DNA of 63,483 bases, the filler included, from Deltaproteobacteria bacterium (GTDB lineage: Bacteria > JAUYMQ01), in assembly GCA_030698575.1 (NCBI GenBank). It is 10 parts of 10 records of this genome, joined end to end, with 100 filler letters (N's around TTAATTAATTAA, not from the genome) between each part and the next. Parts side by side here need not be neighbours in the genome. Positions count along the whole stretch, not along the records: positions 57,538 to 60,644 come from JAUYMQ010000420.1; positions 60,745 to 63,483 come from JAUYMQ010000296.1; 8 more parts are not named here. One strand, written 5' to 3'. The notes below the pieces were generated by a model, which saw nothing but the letters and a program-made list of their open reading frames with translations, did not search any database and was not told the origin of the DNA. Shown piece after piece: positions 60,422 to 63,483 of the stretch. How positions within the stretch are numbered: the stretch's first letter is position 1; the number at the start of each line of letters is the position of its first letter. A program made the position numbers and the translations under genes.

Positions 60422-60744
60422 CGGTCCCGGACATGACCGTGGTGCCGGCGCCGCGGTCATCCTCATCGATGGCCCATCATCAAGCGTGAAAATCAGTCCA
60501 TCAAATCAGCTGACCGCTCTCACTCTGCCAGCAAGGTGGTAAAGCTGTGTGCGGGAGTGCCGTCCTCGAGCGTGTGGGAAGTCGCTTTATGCGCAGCAGC
60601 GGGCGAGCGCTTGGCCGGGGCCACGGGATCGCGGCTCTGTTTGGNNNNNNNNNNNNNNNNNNNNNNNNNNNNNNNNNNNNNNNNNNNNTTAATTAATTAA
60701 NNNNNNNNNNNNNNNNNNNNNNNNNNNNNNNNNNNNNNNNNNNN

Positions 60745-61253
60745 TCGGGTGCGCGACGCTCCACGCACCCGAGGTCCTCCTGCTCGACGAGCCCACCTCG
60801 GGGGTCGACCCCATCGCGCGCGACGCCTTCTGGCGGATGATCCGTGATCTCGCGGGGCGGGTCGGCGTGACGGTCCTCGTGACCACGCACTACCTGTCCG
60901 AGGCGGAAGCCTGCGAGCGCCTTGCGCTGCTCGATGCCGGGCGCCTTGTCGCCCTCGGCTCACCCGCGGAATTGCGCGCCTCCGCCGCGGGCCGGCGCGG
61001 GCACCCGCTCGTCGTGGAGTGCGACCACTATCGCGAGGCATTGCGAACGCTGCGCGCCGCCGGCCTCCAGGCCACCCTCTTCGGGCGCGACATTCATGTG
61101 CTCACCCTCGACTTCGCGCATGGGCGGGCCCGCATCGAGGCGGCCCTGGCGGCGGTCTCGATCAGCGCGAGGGTGCGCCAGGGCGAGATCAGCCTCGAGA
61201 ACGCCTTCATCGCGCATGTCGAGGATTCGCGGGCAGAACAGGGGTCGGTATGA
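60745..61253 (+). CDS. ABC-2 exporter ATP-binding protein; 5' end cut
   Basis: LLLDEPTSGVDP, VTTHYLSEAE and SLENAF motifs. Confidence 0.9.
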
Positions 61254-62380
61254 AGCTCCGTCGAATCAGGGCCGTTGCGCTGTGCGAAGCACGCCAGTTG
61301 CGGCGCGATCCCATGCTGCCGATCCGCGCGCTGGGGGTGCCCATCACCCTCATGTTGCTCTTCGGTTACGGAATCACCTTCGACGTCGAGCAGCTCCCGA
61401 CCGCTGTGATCGATCACGACCGCAGCGCCACGAGCCGCGAGTATATCCAGGCCTTTACGGGCAACCGGAGCTTCGATCTGGTCCGGGCGGCGGCAAGCGA
61501 GGACGAGCTGGAGGATCTCCTGCGCCAGGGCCAGCTGCGCCTCGCCCTTGTGATCCCGCCGGGCTTCGAGCGCGAAGTGTTTCGCTCCCGACCCGCAAGC
61601 GTGCAGATCCTGATCGACGGCGTCTATCCCTACCGCGCCGACATCACGCGCGGCTATGCCCTCACTGCGCACGCACACGTGGCGGAGGCCATCCTGAAGG
61701 AACGCCTCGAAGCGCGGCTGGGCGCGGCGCCCGAGCTCCGCCCCATCGAGGTGCGCACCCGCTACCTCTACAACGAGGATTTGCGCTCGGCGAACGCCGT
61801 CGTGCCCGGGGTTATTCCCGTTGTCCTCATGATGACGCCCGCCGTCATGATGGCGGTTGCCATCGTTCGTGAGAAAGAGCTGGGGTCGATCTTCAACTTC
61901 CTGGCATCGCCGGCCACCCGCGCGGAGTTCGTCCTGGGGAAGCTCGTCCCCTACGTCGCTATCTCGCTCTGGAACGCCATCCTCCTGGCCGCCATGGCCG
62001 TGGTCGTCTTCGATGTGCACTTCAAGGGGTCGCCTCTGCTCTACCTGGTGTCCTCGGCCATCTACGTGACGGCCACCGCATCGATCGGCCTCCTGGTGTC
62101 GGCCTTCTCCCGCAGCCAGATCGCCGCCACCATCGGCACCTTCGTCCTGACGCTGCTCCCCTCGTTCCTCTATTCGGGGGTGCTCATGCCGATCGCCAAC
62201 ATGGAGCCCACCGGGAGAGTGATGGCCCACCTGTTCCCCGGCATGTACCAGAACAAGATCGTCATCGGGGCCTTCCTGAAGAACCTCCCGATGTCGGCCT
62301 TCACGAACGAGCTGCTGATACTCCTGCTCTTCGCGGCAACGACTCTCGGCGCAGGCATTCTGCTCATGAGGAAGCGTTAG
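61250..62380 (+). CDS. ABC-2 exporter permease (YbhS/RbbA-like)
   Basis: QLRRDP, LFGYGITFDV, IVREKELGS and GKLVPY motifs. Confidence 0.9.
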   Translation: MKLRRIRAVALCEARQLRRDPMLPIRALGVPITLMLLFGYGITFDVEQLPTAVIDHDRSATSREYIQAFTGNRSFDLVRAAASEDELEDLLRQGQLRLALVIPPGFEREVFRSRPASVQILIDGVYPYRADITRGYALTAHAHVAEAILKERLEARLGAAPELRPIEVRTRYLYNEDLRSANAVVPGVIPVVLMMTPAVMMAVAIVREKELGSIFNFLASPATRAEFVLGKLVPYVAISLWNAILLAAMAVVVFDVHFKGSPLLYLVSSAIYVTATASIGLLVSAFSRSQIAATIGTFVLTLLPSFLYSGVLMPIANMEPTGRVMAHLFPGMYQNKIVIGAFLKNLPMSAFTNELLILLLFAATTLGAGILLMRKR

Positions 62381-62382
62381 CC

Positions 62383-63483
62383 ATGACACTCGATCGATTC
62401 TTCGCGCTTCTCCGCAAAGAGCTCCGGGAGCTGGGGCGCGACCGCGTTCTGGTCATCTTCATCATCTACGCCTTCACTGCCGACGTTTACATCGCGGCCG
62501 AGGGAATCCGCATCTCGCTCACTCGCGCGGCCACCAGCATCCTCGACCAGGATCGCACCGCGACGAGCCGCGAGCTGGTGGGCCGGCTTCCGAGCCGGTA
62601 CTTCAGCATGCTCGAACCGCCCGCGAACGAGCGGGAGTTGCTCGCGCGCCTCGACGCAGGCGAAGCGCTGTTCGGCCTCGTGATACCCCCGGGTTTCGAG
62701 CGGGATCTCGCGCAGCGGGGAACCGCCCCGGTGCAGCTCTTCCTCGACGGCACTCAATCGGCCCACGCATCGCAGGCCGAAGCCTACGTGCAGGAGGTCG
62801 TGGCCGAGTTCTCGCGGGAGATCGTGGCAAAGCGCATGGGGGCGGCGGGCAGCTCCTCGTCGGCGCTCCCGCTGGTGGAGCCTGTCCTGCGAGTGCGGTT
62901 CAACCCGAACCGGGTAGAGATCTACTTCGAGGCGATCAGCGAGATGCTGTCGATGATGGCGTTCCTTGCAATTCTCATCCCCGCAGCCACGCTCATTCGC
63001 GAGCGCGAGCACGGAACGATCGAGCAGCTCCTCGTCTCGCCCGTCACCCCCGCCGAAATCTTGCTCGCCAAGACCACGGCGAGCACGCTCGTGCTCCTGG
63101 CGGGCACGGCGGTGTGCGTGTTCGGCCTGCTCCTGCCGGTCATCGACGTGCCGGTGCGCGGAAGTTTGCTGCTCTTCTTCGCCTGCACGGCGATCTTCGC
63201 CTTCAGCATGTCCGGAATCGGGCTGATGGTGGCCTCCATCGCGCGGACGATGCCGCAGGTGGCCATGCTCTCGCTCCTCGTGGTCGCTCCGATCATCCTG
63301 CTCTCGGGAGCCTGGACGCCCCCCGAGGCCATGCCGGACTGGCTCGCGAGGACCATGTTCATCTCACCGCTCCGCTGGTTCAACGACGTGACCTACGGCA
63401 TCTTCCTGCGCGGGGCGCACCTCGGCGATCTCACGCGCCCGGTTTTGGCGATGCTCGGTCTGGGCGCGGTCTTCTATCTCTGG
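62383..63483 (+). CDS. Second ABC-2 permease (YhhJ/YbhR-like); runs off the window
   Basis: MTLDRFFALLRKELREL...RFNPN...IREREHGTIEQLLVSP...LSGAWTPPEAMP. Confidence 0.88.
   Translation, partial: MTLDRFFALLRKELRELGRDRVLVIFIIYAFTADVYIAAEGIRISLTRAATSILDQDRTATSRELVGRLPSRYFSMLEPPANERELLARLDAGEALFGLVIPPGFERDLAQRGTAPVQLFLDGTQSAHASQAEAYVQEVVAEFSREIVAKRMGAAGSSSSALPLVEPVLRVRFNPNRVEIYFEAISEMLSMMAFLAILIPAATLIREREHGTIEQLLVSPVTPAEILLAKTTASTLVLLAGTAVCVFGLLLPVIDVPVRGSLLLFFACTAIFAFSMSGIGLMVASIARTMPQVAMLSLLVVAPIILLSGAWTPPEAMPDWLARTMFISPLRWFNDVTYGIFLRGAHLGDLTRPVLAMLGLGAVFYLW

Larger units (their letters stand above)
57580..60522 (+). mobile_element. Transposon/IS-like element: partial HTH ORF + DDE transposase + ExeA-like ATPase + small ORF; left end missing
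   Basis: Gene content and tight coupling; possible right end ...ctgaccgctctca preceded by repeated aaatcag. Ends are uncertain. Confidence 0.7.

Overview
The window is a concatenation of 10 contigs joined by nine artificial 100-nt N/TTAATTAATTAA spacers, so gene order is meaningful only within a contig. The DNA is GC-rich and comes from a Gram-negative, LPS-making bacterium with a deltaproteobacteria-like gene repertoire; a single source genome is not proven. Contents by contig: (1) REC-PilZ regulator, mltF and a Kdo/lipid A operon; (2) an atypical two-gene island with a degenerate NtrC-like AAA+ ATPase and a large receiver/OB-like/DUF3800 protein; (3) sugar-nucleotide genes; (4) a pafB-pafC-like WYL pair followed by a stand-alone Cys4 + sigma70-region-4 gene and a truncated ribB, then an EEP hydrolase, an acyltransferase, an S8 protease with a sigma54-type promoter, eno-galU-mreB, and a cobalamin riboswitch-btuB-tonB unit; (5) a large C25 gingipain-like protein; (6) an RHS/YD protein fragment; (7) pilus genes with a PilM-PilN fusion; (8) a cupredoxin/4Fe-4S/Rieske/CcdA/CcmF redox cluster containing a probable selenoprotein (in-frame TGA plus SECIS-like hairpin); (9) a DDE transposase + ExeA-like ATPase element; (10) an ABC-2 exporter. 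The best candidates for new biology are the PafBC + orphan sigma-region-4 operon, the Cys-Sec DUF1573-like protein and the contig 2 conflict-like island. All assignments come from motif recognition by eye; no searches were run.
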